From the NCBI GenBank assembly GCA_951406725.2, contig OX597819.1, positions 7,998,001-8,062,000 of the forward strand: DNA of 64,000 bases, read 5' to 3'. Below are positions 51,600 to 64,000 of this stretch, in pieces. The stretch is from Octopus vulgaris. Its lineage: Eukaryota. The first letter of the stretch is position 1; each line of letters starts with the position of its first letter. The position numbers and the translations under genes are program-made. Below the pieces are notes generated by a model. That model ran no database searches and was not told the origin of the DNA. It saw only the letters and a program-made list of their open reading frames with translations.

Positions 51600-53155
51600 A
51601 ATGAACGAAGTAAGCGTAGATTATTTCCTGTCTTTTGTCAAATCTTTCCACTTCTGCAATATTTCTTACAGTGGCCTTTCTCGACATTTCGGTCAGCATT
51701 CATCACTCCGCTCTCAACACCTCCAGCACTACAAACACACAAACTCACTCTCATACCTCAACTTCTCCTCCTCCCACCCTAAGCTCTCCATCCCCTATTC
51801 CCAATTCCTCCGTCTACGCAGGATCTGCAGTGACAACCAGGAATTTGAGACTCAGTCTCAGCTCATGGCTCACCACATCATCCTACGTGGATATCTCCTC
51901 CCTACTATCCACACTCCAGTCCGACCCCTTCACTTCGCACATCTTCCCTAACCGACCCCTCCCCTCCTTCAAACGAGTCCACAACCTACGAGACCTCTTA
52001 TTCCACAGCTTCTTCCCTAACTCAACCTCCCAACCCGGCTCGTTCCCCTGCTCCCGCCCACGCTGCACACTTGCTCTTACCTCTCCAACACATCCCTCCC
52101 TACAGACACCCACCATCGACCCTATCATATCGCTGACTCCTTCACTTACACTTCTAGCAACATCATCTACTGCATCTCCTGCTCTTTCTGTCCTTCTCTA
52201 TACATTGGTCAAACGGGACGCCGCTTGGCTGACCGGTTCGCAGAACACCTCGGAGACATCCGACTCAGCAAAGACACCCCGGTCTCGCTCCATTTTCACT
52301 CTACCGGTCATTCTTTACAACACCTGTTCGGATTGTCCGCGCACAGGGGCCGTCCGGACTCTCGTCTTCGCCGTGAGTAGGGATTAATCTTCTCTCTTCG
52401 ATTCTTTGTGGCACATGAGCTCAACTCTCCTTTCCTATTCATCCAACCCTCCTCCTCTCTCCTCTCTTCATCTCACACCTACTTTCTCCCACCCATCTCT
52501 CCTCTCTTGCTCTGGCTCCTACTTACTCTCTTCACTCCAACGCACCTTCTCCCTTCCACCCTCTCCCTTTATCGTCACCCTTCCTTCGTTACCTCACGCC
52601 TACACATTCCAGCCCCACCATTCCTATACATCCCATCACACCCCACCCCACTCCATCACATAACACCACACACCACCATACTCCACTGTACCACACCACA
52701 GCACATTACACCATACCGCACACACTAGCACTGATCACTTCCCAGCACCCACACCAGTGTACACACTAGAACTGACCACTTCCCAGCACCTACACCCTCA
52801 TCCACACATCTACATATGCACAGACGCACACGTCAATGTCACCAGCCCCCTTTCACATGCACATACACTCTCACACATATACACGCATGCGCACCTTCGT
52901 TTTGGGATCACCACTACTTTATTATCTCCCCTTCTTCCTAGATCTCCTCTGTGACCTCTCTGTCCGGCATTCGCCATGATACATCGCTAGCCACTAAACC
53001 TTTTTTTTATTTTCTCTCTCTGCTTATTTCTGTGTTCCTTTCTGTTGAAGAGCATAGGCTCGAAACGTAAAAGAATTTCACACTTCCCGAGCGCTAAACT
53101 AATACATCTCTTTGTTGTTTACACACCCATCTTCGTCTTTTTTTTTTGTAAAATC
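51600..53155 (+). mobile_element. Penelope-like element: RT thumb, GIY-YIG and terminal repeat with hammerhead-like motif at 53038-53073
   Basis: YLNFSSSHP, SIPYSQFLRLRRICS; SNIIYCISCSFCPSLYIGQTGRRLADRFAEHL; cttt-CTGTTGA-a-gagc/gctc-GAAAC-GTA-aaag; ends in (TA)n. Confidence 0.85.
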
Positions 53156-53242
<87 letters not shown>

Positions 53243-53247
<5 letters not shown>

Positions 53248-53690
53248 GGCACAGGACGTCACCAACAGTCAATAACGACATACGAGAACAATGAGTTAAA
53301 TACGCAAATAACGAGAGAGAAAAAGGGACAAGTAATACGAAGAATGACCCTTCTTCAGTTGTCGGCTGTCTATCTACTCCCCGACTCTCGAAGTTTGTTT
53401 TCATTCCCTTTCCCTGTATGTCTCCACTGTCCTGCTTTTGTTCCTAACTTTGGCCCTCCATAAATCCAAACTTTTATTTTGATATTTATGGGAGCAACTG
53501 TCTTCGAAGACAGTTGCTCCCATAATTATCAAAATATCAATTATTATCGATGTTCGATTGAAATGGGGAGTAGACAGACAGCCGACAACTGATGAAGGGT
53601 CATTCTTTGTATCACTTGTCCCCTTTTCTCTCGTTATTTGCGTATTTAACTCATTTGTTTACTGTTGCTGACGTCCTGTACCCATATATG
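53243..53690. mobile_element. fold-back element with ~130-bp inverted arms and a central palindrome
   Basis: 53243-53382 matches the reverse complement of ~53564-53689; perfect 40-bp palindrome at 53486-53525. Confidence 0.75.
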
Positions 53691-53707
53691 CATATATATA
53701 TATATAT

Positions 53708-53757
<50 letters not shown>

Positions 53758-53853
53758 CGCCATGTATCCGTTTCCAAGTAAGTATATATATAGAGAGAAA
53801 TATTACATTTGTAAATTTCTCAGAGAGACTTACACAGTAGCAGCACGATAAAA

Positions 53854-54156
53854 TGATGGCATGTTGCCAACTTAATGTGACAGTCCCATGAAAGGGAAGA
53901 ATGCTACTGCTATTTAGCCCTACCAGGCATCGACCGCTTGCAAGTCATGCTACTCCAGACTGATGATGAGCAATGACTCTGAAATTAGTCTCTGATTGCT
54001 AGCTTTGCTGGGTGGAGGTGCTTATCTCCCCCTTGAAAACATTAGGACACAGGAAATGTGTCATGGCCAACTGGAAACGGTGTTTCCTAGGGCTAAATAG
54101 CAGTAGCATTCTTCCCTTCCATGGGATTGTTACATTAAGTTGGCAACATATCATCA
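53854..54156. mobile_element. ~70-bp inverted-repeat element enclosing a hammerhead motif
   Basis: Arms 53854-53922 and 54088-54156 (gggaagaatgctactgctatttagcccta and its reverse complement). Confidence 0.7.
53956..53994 (+). ncRNA. minimal type I hammerhead ribozyme, canonical core, GUC site
   Basis: caga-CTGATGA-t-gag/ctc-t-GAAA-TTA-GTC-tctg; stem I caga/tctg is perfect. Confidence 0.7.
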
Positions 54157-54221
54157 CTATATATGTTTATATATATACGCACATACATATATCTATCTAC
54201 ACATACATGCATATACACATA

Positions 54222-55107
54222 CGAAGTGGTATCAAAAAGTTCCCAAGAAATGGCAGCAGACGGTTGCATGCGCAGTGAGAGTTAGCAGTAACCTTCACAA
54301 AGCAGTGCGCCGAGTGACATCCCTGTGTTTACTTCGCAAGTTGTGGTATTTGTGTTTTTTGATTACGTGTTTCCTGCAATCTGTGACTTTGTCATGGACA
54401 GGAAGTTGGAAATACCGTAATATTTTGCGATATTTTTAGGGAATCTGCTACAAAGACATTGAGTACGACCCTGAGACGAAGCAGAAATCTTCACAATGGA
54501 AGAGCCCTTCATCTCCTCCTCATCTCCACGACCGAAGAAGGCACGACAGAGCCACAGCGCAATCAAGCGCATACCCATCGTTTCTTTCAACATCCGCGTT
54601 GTTGTGTATCGAGAATTCGTTCCCCAGGGCCAGACCGTCGATCAAGATTTCCTCAGCGATGTTTTGAAGTGTTTGAGGGAGGACATTCTGCGAAAACGAC
54701 CAGACCTGTGAAGCGCCATCTATTGGATTCTTCGCGACGACAAAGCACTCGGTCACCGAGTTCTCCTCGCTCGTAAGTTTCTCGCTAAAACAACATGGTA
54801 TCGCTTCTGCACCTGCCCTATTCGCCAGATTTAGTGCCTGCAGACTTCTACCTCTTCCCTAAGAGGAAAATGTAACGCAAAGGTCACCGTTTTAACACCA
54901 CTGTTGAGATCCAGAGCCAATCGCAGAAGGCCGTCGACTAGCTTACGGCAAACGACTTCTAGACCAGATTCCAAAAGTGGCAGGAATCTGAGACAAGTGT
55001 ATTGCTGCACAAGGTGGCTATTTCAAAGGAGATGATGTTAACACTTGCGTAAATAAGTTATTTTCTATTAAACATAACTAGTCCATGAACTTTTTGATAC
55101 CACCTCG
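54222..55107 (+). mobile_element. internally deleted mariner with both TIRs
   Basis: TA|cgaagtggtatcaaaaagttc ... gaactttttgataccacctcg|TA; YDPETKQ, EFVPQGQTV, RKRPDL, PYSPDLVPADFYLFPK. Confidence 0.92.
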
Positions 55108-55226
55108 TACATACATACATACATACATACATACATACATACATACATACATACATACATACATGCGTACATACATACATACATACATACATAGATACAT
55201 ACATACATACATACATGCATACATAC

Positions 55227-55345
55227 GCACAAACAGAAATACTCTATTGTTAATGTTGAAATTCCAATGAAGGAGCCTTGGATCTAGGTTAGAAACCGGT
55301 TCTTTCTCTATTGGCAAGAAATCTTGAAATAAGCTGAGTAATTAC
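55227..55345 (-). repeat. ~120-bp dispersed core embedded in (CATA)n
   Basis: Near-identical reverse complement at 62201-62319; diverged copy at 61767-61879. Confidence 0.85.
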
Positions 55346-55410
55346 ATACATACACACATACATACATACATACAAACAAACATACATACATACATACATA
55401 CATACATACA

Positions 55411-55441
<31 letters not shown>

Positions 55442-56640
55442 GCATATATACACTCACACATAAATTAACCAGAAAAATGTCTGTTAGTATTGATGCTATT
55501 GTTGTGAACCTTCTGGTTAAAAACATTCTAATTCTTCCATTCAGATTTTAAGACCGTAGGATGTGATATGACGTTCCTAATTCTGAAAGATTGGTCGACT
55601 ACATAGACCATTCTAAACGTTCTGTTACTATATGTCCCTCCGTTATTGACATCAGATTCCATAGAATCTTCTCCAGTTGTCCGAAAAGTATACTTTTGTC
55701 GTATTTATAAAATAACAATCAACAATATTAAGAAATTAATCCAACGAAACAAAATATAATACAATTAATTTTGAATATTTAATTAAAAATGAATGAGAAA
55801 TATAAAATAGAAAAACTATTATTCTTTAATTATAACCAATTTAACAAATGTCCCTTGAAATTATGGAATTTTATTGAGAATTATGAGTTCTGTTTAACGA
55901 CACTAATTGAGAAAGTCGAGGTGAAAAAGGTTAATTTCGTTTTCAGGTCACCGCGCTTGCAGATACTGAGGTGTCCTCCTATTTTAACCATGAAGTCCAT
56001 CACAACAGTGAGAGCACATTCGACTCAATATGTTGATGGAAATGGTAAAAAATATTTCCCCCACCTCTGAATTTTTCCTCTTTGAAACTAACTTGGGCCT
56101 CATGTCACATCAGCTCATGATTTGAAGCTTCAAATGGTCTCATGATGTCTCGTTTTTCAAGTCAGTTAATTCGCTAGCCTGTTCAAAGGCCATACCAAGA
56201 TTCTTTATTTTCGCAGTTATTAGAAAGAAATGGATGAATATTTCAAGAGAGAAATGTTTAAATCTGTAAATCTGTCATTCAGCTCAACTACCAGGCTGGA
56301 GAATTGCTCGACGATGATTTAAAAACATCCAAACAATCCCGTTTACTGAGATGCGTGAATCCAATCATTTGTTATTCCTCAATATATTAGCTTTCCAATT
56401 GCTTAATTTGATAATAATTTAGGAGATTTTTGTTTTACAATTTATGAGATGTTTTTTTTTCTGATTTCATTGCAGTTCTTTCTGTAATGTATTCGATTTA
56501 TCAAAACTATCAATGATAAAAAAAAAAAACATCAAAGACTTCGATTCATTATATTTCAAAAACCCAAAACTGTCGATAAGCAAAGAAATATGCAATCAAA
56601 TAGTTTAAAAGTTTAATATAAATCTTAGGCCGAGAAGAAA

Positions 56641-56846
56641 AGTTTAACGCTTCAAGGCAGAACTCTTCATCGGAGAGTAAAATATCAATTGAGGTTGCTG
56701 AATTTGAAATCGGTGAGAGTTATAAAACATTATAACACGAGGAGACAGAGAAAGTACTTGCACTTATCTATCCTGTTGTATTTCGTCCGTAACACCCGTT
56801 GATATTTCATCGTTCTCTGATGAAGCATTCTGACTGAAACGTTGGA
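56641..56846. ncRNA. two degenerate hammerhead-like motifs in opposite orientation
   Basis: Minus strand 56641-56677 CCGATGA-agag...GAAGC-GTT-aaac; plus strand 56812-56846 CTGATGA...GAAAC-GTT; stems are weak. Confidence 0.4.
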
Positions 56847-56959
56847 CTTTTCTCCCTACGGTATAATGTTCAATCCATTCCTTGAATTAGTTGTATATCT
56901 GCACAAACCTTCACTAGATTGCTCGTGTTACATTTTACTGTGTAATTAAACGTTATGAT

Positions 56960-57346
56960 GGAGGCGCAATGGCCCAGTGGTTAGGGTAGCGGACTCGCGG
57001 TCGTAGGATCGCGGTTTCGATTCCCAGACCGGGCATTGTGAGTGTTTATTGAGCGAAAACACCTAAAAGCTCCACGAAGCTCCGGCAGGGGATGGTGGTG
57101 ATCCCTGCTGTACTCTTTCACCACAACTTTCTCTCACTCTTTCTTCCTGTTTCTGTTGTACCTGTATTTCAATGGGCCAGCCTTGTCACACTCTGTGTCA
57201 CGCTGAATCTCCTCGAGAACTACGTTAAGGGTACACGTGTCTGTGGAGTGCTCAGCCACTTGCACGTTAATTCCACGAGCAAGCTGTTCCGTTGATCGTA
57301 TCAGCTGGGACCCTCATCGTCGTAACCGACGGAGTGCTCCTAATAA
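56960..57346 (+). mobile_element. SINE family A, full length
   Basis: TSD taaacgttatgat at 56947-56959 and 57347-57359. Confidence 0.93.
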
Positions 57347-57593
57347 TAAACGTTATGATAAAAGACCCAACGAATATGAAGCTGCGTATTAAAACAAATT
57401 TATTTTGTTTGATGGTGAATTAATTTATAAATATAGATATTTAAAATATATTTGTGAGCATTAGTGTATTGTTGGGGAACTGATTATTTTTAACAATTAA
57501 TCATTGTAAAAAAATATCGGACATATTGTAATAGAAATAAATTGATTGCTTGTTCTTCATTTAAATCTTCTGTCAGTATTTCCTTTTACTACG

Positions 57594-57760
57594 ACGACGA
57601 GCTGGCAGAATCGTTAGCACGCCAGGCAAAATGCTTAGTGGCATTTCGTCTGTCTTTACCTTCTGAATTCAAATTCCACCGAGGTCGACTTTATATTTCA
57701 TCATTTAGGGGTTGATAAAACAAGTACCAGTTGATCACTGACGATTGATGTAATTGACTT
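57594..57760 (+). mobile_element. SINE family C, diverged
   Basis: gacgagctggcagaatcgttagcacgccaggc...caaattccaccgaggtcgacttt. Confidence 0.8.
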
Positions 57761-59408
57761 CCTTTTTCTGTATAGGTTGTAGAGACACATCTTAAAGTCT
57801 TCCTGTAGTGTATCCCAAATAAATCAGCTTGGCAGAACGTATGTATCTTCATACAAACTGCAAAAGCCATGCATTTAAGATGGTTTGAATTCCGCACAGG
57901 AAGCCAAAGAAAAAACACTTCAATGAAGTATGATTTAACAGATGATTCTTTGCTATTTCTAGCAGGTAGAGCCACCACATGCAGACTCAATCGTTGGCTT
58001 AAACCTATACGACAGCTATTACGTGTGTGAACGGACAACAGAACCTCTGTGTAGTTGCTCGATTACTAGCAAAATTTTCCTCATACACACTTCCGTCATA
58101 AAATACGAATGACCCGTCAACTAATATTGTCTTCGATATACTATTTCTGAGATGGAATGGTGAAAGCTGGAATGTTTATGATAATAAATTTGCTTAATTA
58201 CAGATTGAAATAAAAACTGTAAATAGTGTTGTGGTAGCAGCCAATATCATAAAATTGTGGACAAACAGTGTTGTATCGTGGTGTTTAATTTCAAGCTTCT
58301 CAGCTTCATGTTCAAATCTCGTTGGGCTTTACCAGGAGCAATAAAAAGTGTAAGGAGTAAGATGGTGGGAAAGGAGTGGGGGGGAGGCTCAATTAATCGA
58401 ACATTCAAATCCTTTCAGAAAAATCAGCTTAGTGTTTAATCAAAGGATGTGGAAACATGAGTGACTGTACTTATTAACTCCGAGTCACTGAAAGAAGCAT
58501 GAATCAGAAAAAATATGGAAAGGAATGTAGAGAGAAATAGCGAAAGTTTGATCCTAAAGAAAGACAATTTCTATGAGTATGTGTGTGTATGTGTATGTGT
58601 GCGTGTTTTCAGTGTCTGTGAATCTGCTGATGTGTAGGGGAAAAGAGAGGTAAGTCAGGTGCAACACAGAGACAGAAACATGTTCTGTATTCAAGAAGAC
58701 GAAGTAATAATGAGCAATGTATTTTAATTTAAGGAATTTAAAAGGAAGGAGAAAGAAAGAGAGAGAGAGTGAGAGAGAGGAGGAGGAGAGAGTGAGAAAG
58801 AGAAAGAGAGATTTAGGGAGAGAGTCGGTAATTCTTTTCTCTATGACAGTGTAGATTGTGATAGGAGAGGACTTGACGTGTGAAACATAGCAGCCAGCTT
58901 TACTTACACATCACTACACGTAACAAAAGAAGAAACAAAAAAAAAACAACCCCAAAATATTAAAACAAAAAGACAAAAAAAAAAGACAGAATAACTTAGT
59001 TTGATCGTGTTCAGTGATGGGAATGGACGGCAACCCAAGAGCCGTGCAGTGTGAACGGTATCTTTGATAGAGGATATTAATAGTTTAGAAATAATGGTCC
59101 ATTTCATGCGATATGGCATCAGTGACCTTTGCCAAAGACACTTCACGATAATGCCGAAATCTGGAGCAGCTTAATGATGCGTGAAAACAAATTGTTCCAA
59201 GTCATTAATTACTGAATAGTTGCGAAAGAACACTTTCATTTATAAACTGAGAAAACCTCGTAAAGGATATTTTCTTTTTCTTCACAAATATTCACTGATG
59301 GCAATATCATGTAATATACATACATACATACATACATGCAAACATACATATACATACATGCATACGTACATGCATACATGCACATACATACATGCACAAA
59401 AGCAAGTG

Positions 59409-59462
<54 letters not shown>

Positions 59463-59570
59463 CATGTACACATGTATACATACATGTAAACATACATACA
59501 TACATATATACACATACTCACACACACACACACATATATATATATACAACATACAAGCAAGTATATGTGC

Positions 59571-59612
<42 letters not shown>

Positions 59613-60019
59613 ATGAAATATATATATGTGTATGTATGTAATATATACATACATATGTATTTAAAAATCTACATATATATATATATATGTATGTAATATA
59701 TACATACATATGTATTTAAAATATATGTATATGTATGTATGTGAGTATGTTTGTATGTACATATTCGCACACACATGCATTAAATATTTTTTTAAATATT
59801 CATAAACGAAGCTCATATATCGTATTTCAAAACATTTATATACGCATACATATATACATGCATACATTAAGGCGCACATATATTTGCATGTGTATGTCTA
59901 AGTGTATGCGTGTGCGTACTTTACACAGATGCGCATATATACGAACATTCTCACGCGCGTCGTATGCACAGACATGCGTAAGCCCTCACACATATATTAT
60001 GCATGTGCGTACAGGTTTA

Positions 60020-60238
60020 ATGTGTGTGCGTTTGTGTGTGTGTGTGTGTGTTTGTGTGTGTGTTTGTGTGTGTGTGTTTGTGTGTGTGTGTATGTGTGTG
60101 TATGTGTGTGTGCGTGAGCGTGTGTGTGTGTATGCGTGTGTGTGTGTGTTTGTGTGTGCGTGCGTGTGCGTGTGTGTGCGTGTGTGTGTGTGTGCGTTTG
60201 TGTGTGTGTGTTTGTGTGTGTATGTATGTGAGTGTGTA

Positions 60239-60325
<87 letters not shown>

Positions 60326-60340
60326 GCGTGTGTGTGTGCT
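60020..60340. repeat. (TG)n array
   Basis: Visible tandem repeats. Confidence 0.97.
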
Positions 60341-61144
60341 ATGTCTGCTGGCTGATTCAAATAACGAAACATTTCTAAGTAGACTTAAGTGTTTCGAAAC
60401 TAAACGAAAATTTCTAATTTTCAGCGAGGAACCATATAAAACAATTCCATTTGTCACTTATTTATATGGAATACTTGAATAAAAAAAAAAAAAGCGCTGC
60501 AAATCAACATTAGCAACATAAAATAAACGATATCTTCAACAGCAAGAACATCGACATTATTAGTATCAACCACAACAACAAAAACAAAAGCATGAGTAAC
60601 TAGTAAACATCCATACAATATATGAAGATATTTAGTAGGGGACTTAACATTTGTTATTAATTCAAATACTGTTTTTTTCTTCTTCGGAATTATTGTTGTC
60701 GAACACTGCTAACAATGGAGTTTAAAGTGTCTGCCATTATCCCAGAACAATTAATTCTGAAGCTTTGCGAGATAATGTAAGACATTCTATAGAATGAGGA
60801 ACCATTTAAAATTATGTTCAGTTACAATTTTCAATAATAAAATGGCGTATTTGACTTGTTCTTAATGTTCTGGTAATGAAACCGTACATAAATTTTTAAA
60901 TCTGTAAGTAAAGAGGTTAAATATCTCTCGTTAGTTTTCCACGAAGCTCAAGAGGATAGGATTTCTGTTTTTGTGTCGTCCTGGATTCGTAAGCCAGGAG
61001 GTTTATGCCTTCGTTTACACTTTAAGAAAGTATTGCACTTGCTTTTACAAAACTTTTGATGGATAAGATATATAGATATAATAGTGGAAGGTGATAGCAT
61101 TGAAATAATCAGTTTGGCTGTGTCTACGTAGTTTTGTGCAAGAG

Positions 61145-61765
61145 TATGTATGTATGTATGTATGTATGTATGTATGTATGTATGTATGTATGTATGTATG
61201 TATGTATGTAGGTTGGTAGGTAGGTAGGTATGTATGCATGTATGTATGTATGTATACATGTATGTATGTATGTATGTATGCATGTATGTATGTATGTATG
61301 TATGTATGTATGTATGCATGCATGTATGTATGTATGTATGTATGTATGTATGTATGTATGTATGTATGCATGTATGTATGTATGTATGTATGCATGCATG
61401 TATGTATGCATGCATGTATGTATGTATGCATGTATGTATGTATGCATGTATGTAGGTATGTATGCATGTATGTAGGTATGCATGTATGTAGGTATGTATG
61501 TATGTATGTATGTATGTATGTATGCATGCATGTATGTATGTATGCATGTATGTAGGTATGTAGCATGTATGTATGTATGTGTATGTATATATTTATGCGT
61601 ACGTATGTAGGCATGTGTGTATGTTTGTATGTATGTATGTATGTATGTGTGTATGTATGTATGTATGTATGTATGTATGTATGTGTATGTATGTATTTAT
61701 GCGTACGTATGTAGGCATATGTGTATGTATTTGTGTGTGTATGTATATATGAATGTATGCATGCA
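61145..61765. repeat. (TATG)n/(CATG)n array
   Basis: Visible tandem repeats. Confidence 0.97.
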
Positions 61766-61766
61766 T

Positions 61767-62470
61767 GTCATAGTTCAGTTTTATTTCATGATTTCTTGCC
61801 AATAGCGAAGGAGCCTGTTTGTGACCTAGATCCAAGGCTCCTTCTTCATGGGGATTTCAATATCAATAGGGTATTTGTACATGTATGTGTGTGTATAAGT
61901 GCAGAATTTGGAGTCAGTGTATGTGAAGATTTATTATATGTTTTGATTTATGTATATATTCTCATACATAGAGTTGCATGTCTAGACATGAGTATATATG
62001 CTTAAATGATACACTTCTGAAAAGTTTTACAAATTCTTACAGTTCTGATGATGACTTGTAGTCTTCGAATCAGCTTTCTCCAATGTATGTATGTATGTAT
62101 GTATGTATGTATGTATGTATGTATGTATGTATGTATGTATGTATGTATGTATGTATGTATGTATGTATGTATGTATGTAGGCATGTATGTATGTATGTAT
62201 GTAATTATTCAGTATATTTCAAGATTTCTTGCTAATAGAGAAAGAACCGGTTTCTGACCTAGATCCAAGGCTCCTTCACTGGAATTTCAACATTAACAAT
62301 AGAGTATTTCTGTTTGTGCGTATGTATGCATGTATCTATGTATGTATGTATCTATGTATGTACGTATGTATGTATGCATGCATATATTTATATATGTATG
62401 TGAAGATTTGTATATTTTATGTCTGTTTTCTTATGCATATAGTTGCATATCTAGACATGTTCATATATAG
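61767..62470 (+). repeat. two tandem diverged units of the (TATG)n-embedded element
   Basis: Both units contain gatttcttgc...gacctagatccaaggctcctt...atttcaa and downstream gtgaagattt...gttgcat.tctagacatg. Confidence 0.75.
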
Positions 62471-62689
62471 GAGAGTATTGTAGTTCGCTTGAAGCATTGT
62501 TTATTGTTTGTAAAGAATAAAAAGTTTTGAATGGTACAACAATGCACTATAATACAGACAATGGTCTATATACCTGTTGTAATTTAGTCAACCATAGTCT
62601 GATATGATATTTCGGAATAATATTCCTTCCTCAGATATTCTTAGATAGAGTAGCTACTGTAATCGCTTTTCCAACGGCTTTTCTTTATT

Positions 62690-63430
62690 TCTTTTTTCGG
62701 AAGCGTTTCAGGAGTGGTCTCACGACGCTCCTTCCGGAATTCCTCATGAGAAGCGTGTGAGGTCGGCCATGTCTCAATCTCGTGTGTGCTGGTACATCCG
62801 TAGCGCTGCTTCTAAGTTATGTATTATACATGCAGCTTCTTTTTTCCCTTCTTTTTTCTCTTTTCTTCTTTGTTTTTTTTTTATTGTTATAAACTACAAA
62901 TGAGCATATTATCAAAAATGAAACTACACTCAAATAGATGTATCTAAATAATATATTGATTACCAGCCTCCAGCCTGTTGTTAATTTGGGGCCCTATTCT
63001 GTGTATGAGTATAGCTTCTTTAATCCTTAATTTGCCCAAATTTCTTTCATTGGCCTCAATTGTAATTGTTATGCTGTTGTCGGTGTTCCGGCATCTGTCT
63101 AGATGTTTTCTGAAGGAGAAATCTCTCGTGTTCAGATATTCTTTGATGCGGACCTGTAACGGTCTTGTTGTGCTACGCACATAGAACTTGTTGCATTTGT
63201 TACATTGTATTCTATACACAACATTAACCCGTTGGCTTAAATGAGTGTCACGGATGGGACAGTTTGTTAGTGTACATTGATTGTTGTCCATTGTTCGTTT
63301 CTTAGTGAAGTGTCCTCTCAGAGAGGGGCCGGAGTGGGCTAATTGTATATCTAGCCCTTCTCTTCTTATGGCTCTTCCGATGGATGTAGTTATCCTCTCG
63401 CTAAAACGGGGTATTTTAAGGAAGCATGTG
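62690..63430 (-). mobile_element. Penelope-like GIY-YIG endonuclease remnant
   Basis: ORF 62944-63291: CPIRD...NVVYRIQCNKCNKFYVRSTTRPLQVRIKE...KEAILIHRIGPQIN. Confidence 0.8.
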
Positions 63431-64000
63431 TTGCTGGGTTTTCTGGCAGTAGTAGTAATAGTATTAGTAGCAGCAGCAGTTGTAGTAGTAGTAGTAGTAA
63501 ATATGTGTGCTCTGGGCGTACGAGTTTGGGTATGTGTGTATGCTTTGTGTTTCTTCAGGTGTATTTGCGTCTATACGTGTTTGTGTATGTGTTGAATGAA
63601 GTATACTAGTGTATTTTTAGTGCTTCGGTATTCACTGTGCCCCAATATCTCAAAAACTAAAACTTTATTCACGTCGAACTATTTGCTATAATTCAATCTA
63701 ACTTTTTTCTTTTGTCTCGACCCGTGTGGAGGTAGCTACTTTGTCATTTGGTTGCCGACTTGTTATTTCAGAAGCTGAATATCAGCTCAAATAAAAGAGT
63801 AACAACGTTGAGTCTTATTACATTCTTAATGCAATGTCGGCAATTTAAAGCACTACCAACGGAAATATGTAGTCAGTAGTCTTTCGTGAAACTTTGATTT
63901 ATTTTTTAAGATGAGGAATTGTCTATCAACGTTGGTAGTCGACTGAGACCAGAGAGAATGAGAGGACGAGACCTTTTCTATTACATTGCTCCGATATAAT

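Noticed and set aside
55946-56050. Possible exon after tttcag
   Set aside because: Weak donor, no recognisable protein, no partner exons.
59735-61614. Long VC/HT/YIHT ORFs (also 32020-32634 and 44887-45156)
   Set aside because: Stop-free simple repeats, not genes.
62695-62760. Hammerhead candidates at Penelope ends (also 15320-15425)
   Set aside because: Core or stems too degenerate to support a call.

Overview
AT-rich, microsatellite-dense animal non-coding DNA. The SINE repertoire suggests an octopus genome (inference from recognised repeat types). I found no convincing host protein-coding exon, rRNA, tRNA gene or CRISPR array; nearly all ORFs are microsatellite read-throughs, SINE read-throughs or transposon remnants. 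The window contains three tRNA-head SINE families (about 30 copies) and three non-autonomous Helitrons. It also holds remnants of CR1-like, RTE, Tx1/L1-like, Dong/R4 and Penelope-like retroelements and of Tc1, mariner, piggyBac and Chapaev3-like DNA transposons. Four observations stand out. (1) About nine minimal hammerhead-ribozyme motifs occur in Penelope-type termini and short (TA)n-embedded elements, including two recurrent non-canonical catalytic cores (CUGUYGA and CCGAYGA). (2) Several (TAA)n-targeting Dong/R4 families are stacked in the same orientation at 42.3-46.6 kb. (3) A young CR1-like LINE and the commonest SINE share a 3' tail. (4) Several fold-back or palindromic structures are present. 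All family assignments come from reading motifs by eye; no searches were run.
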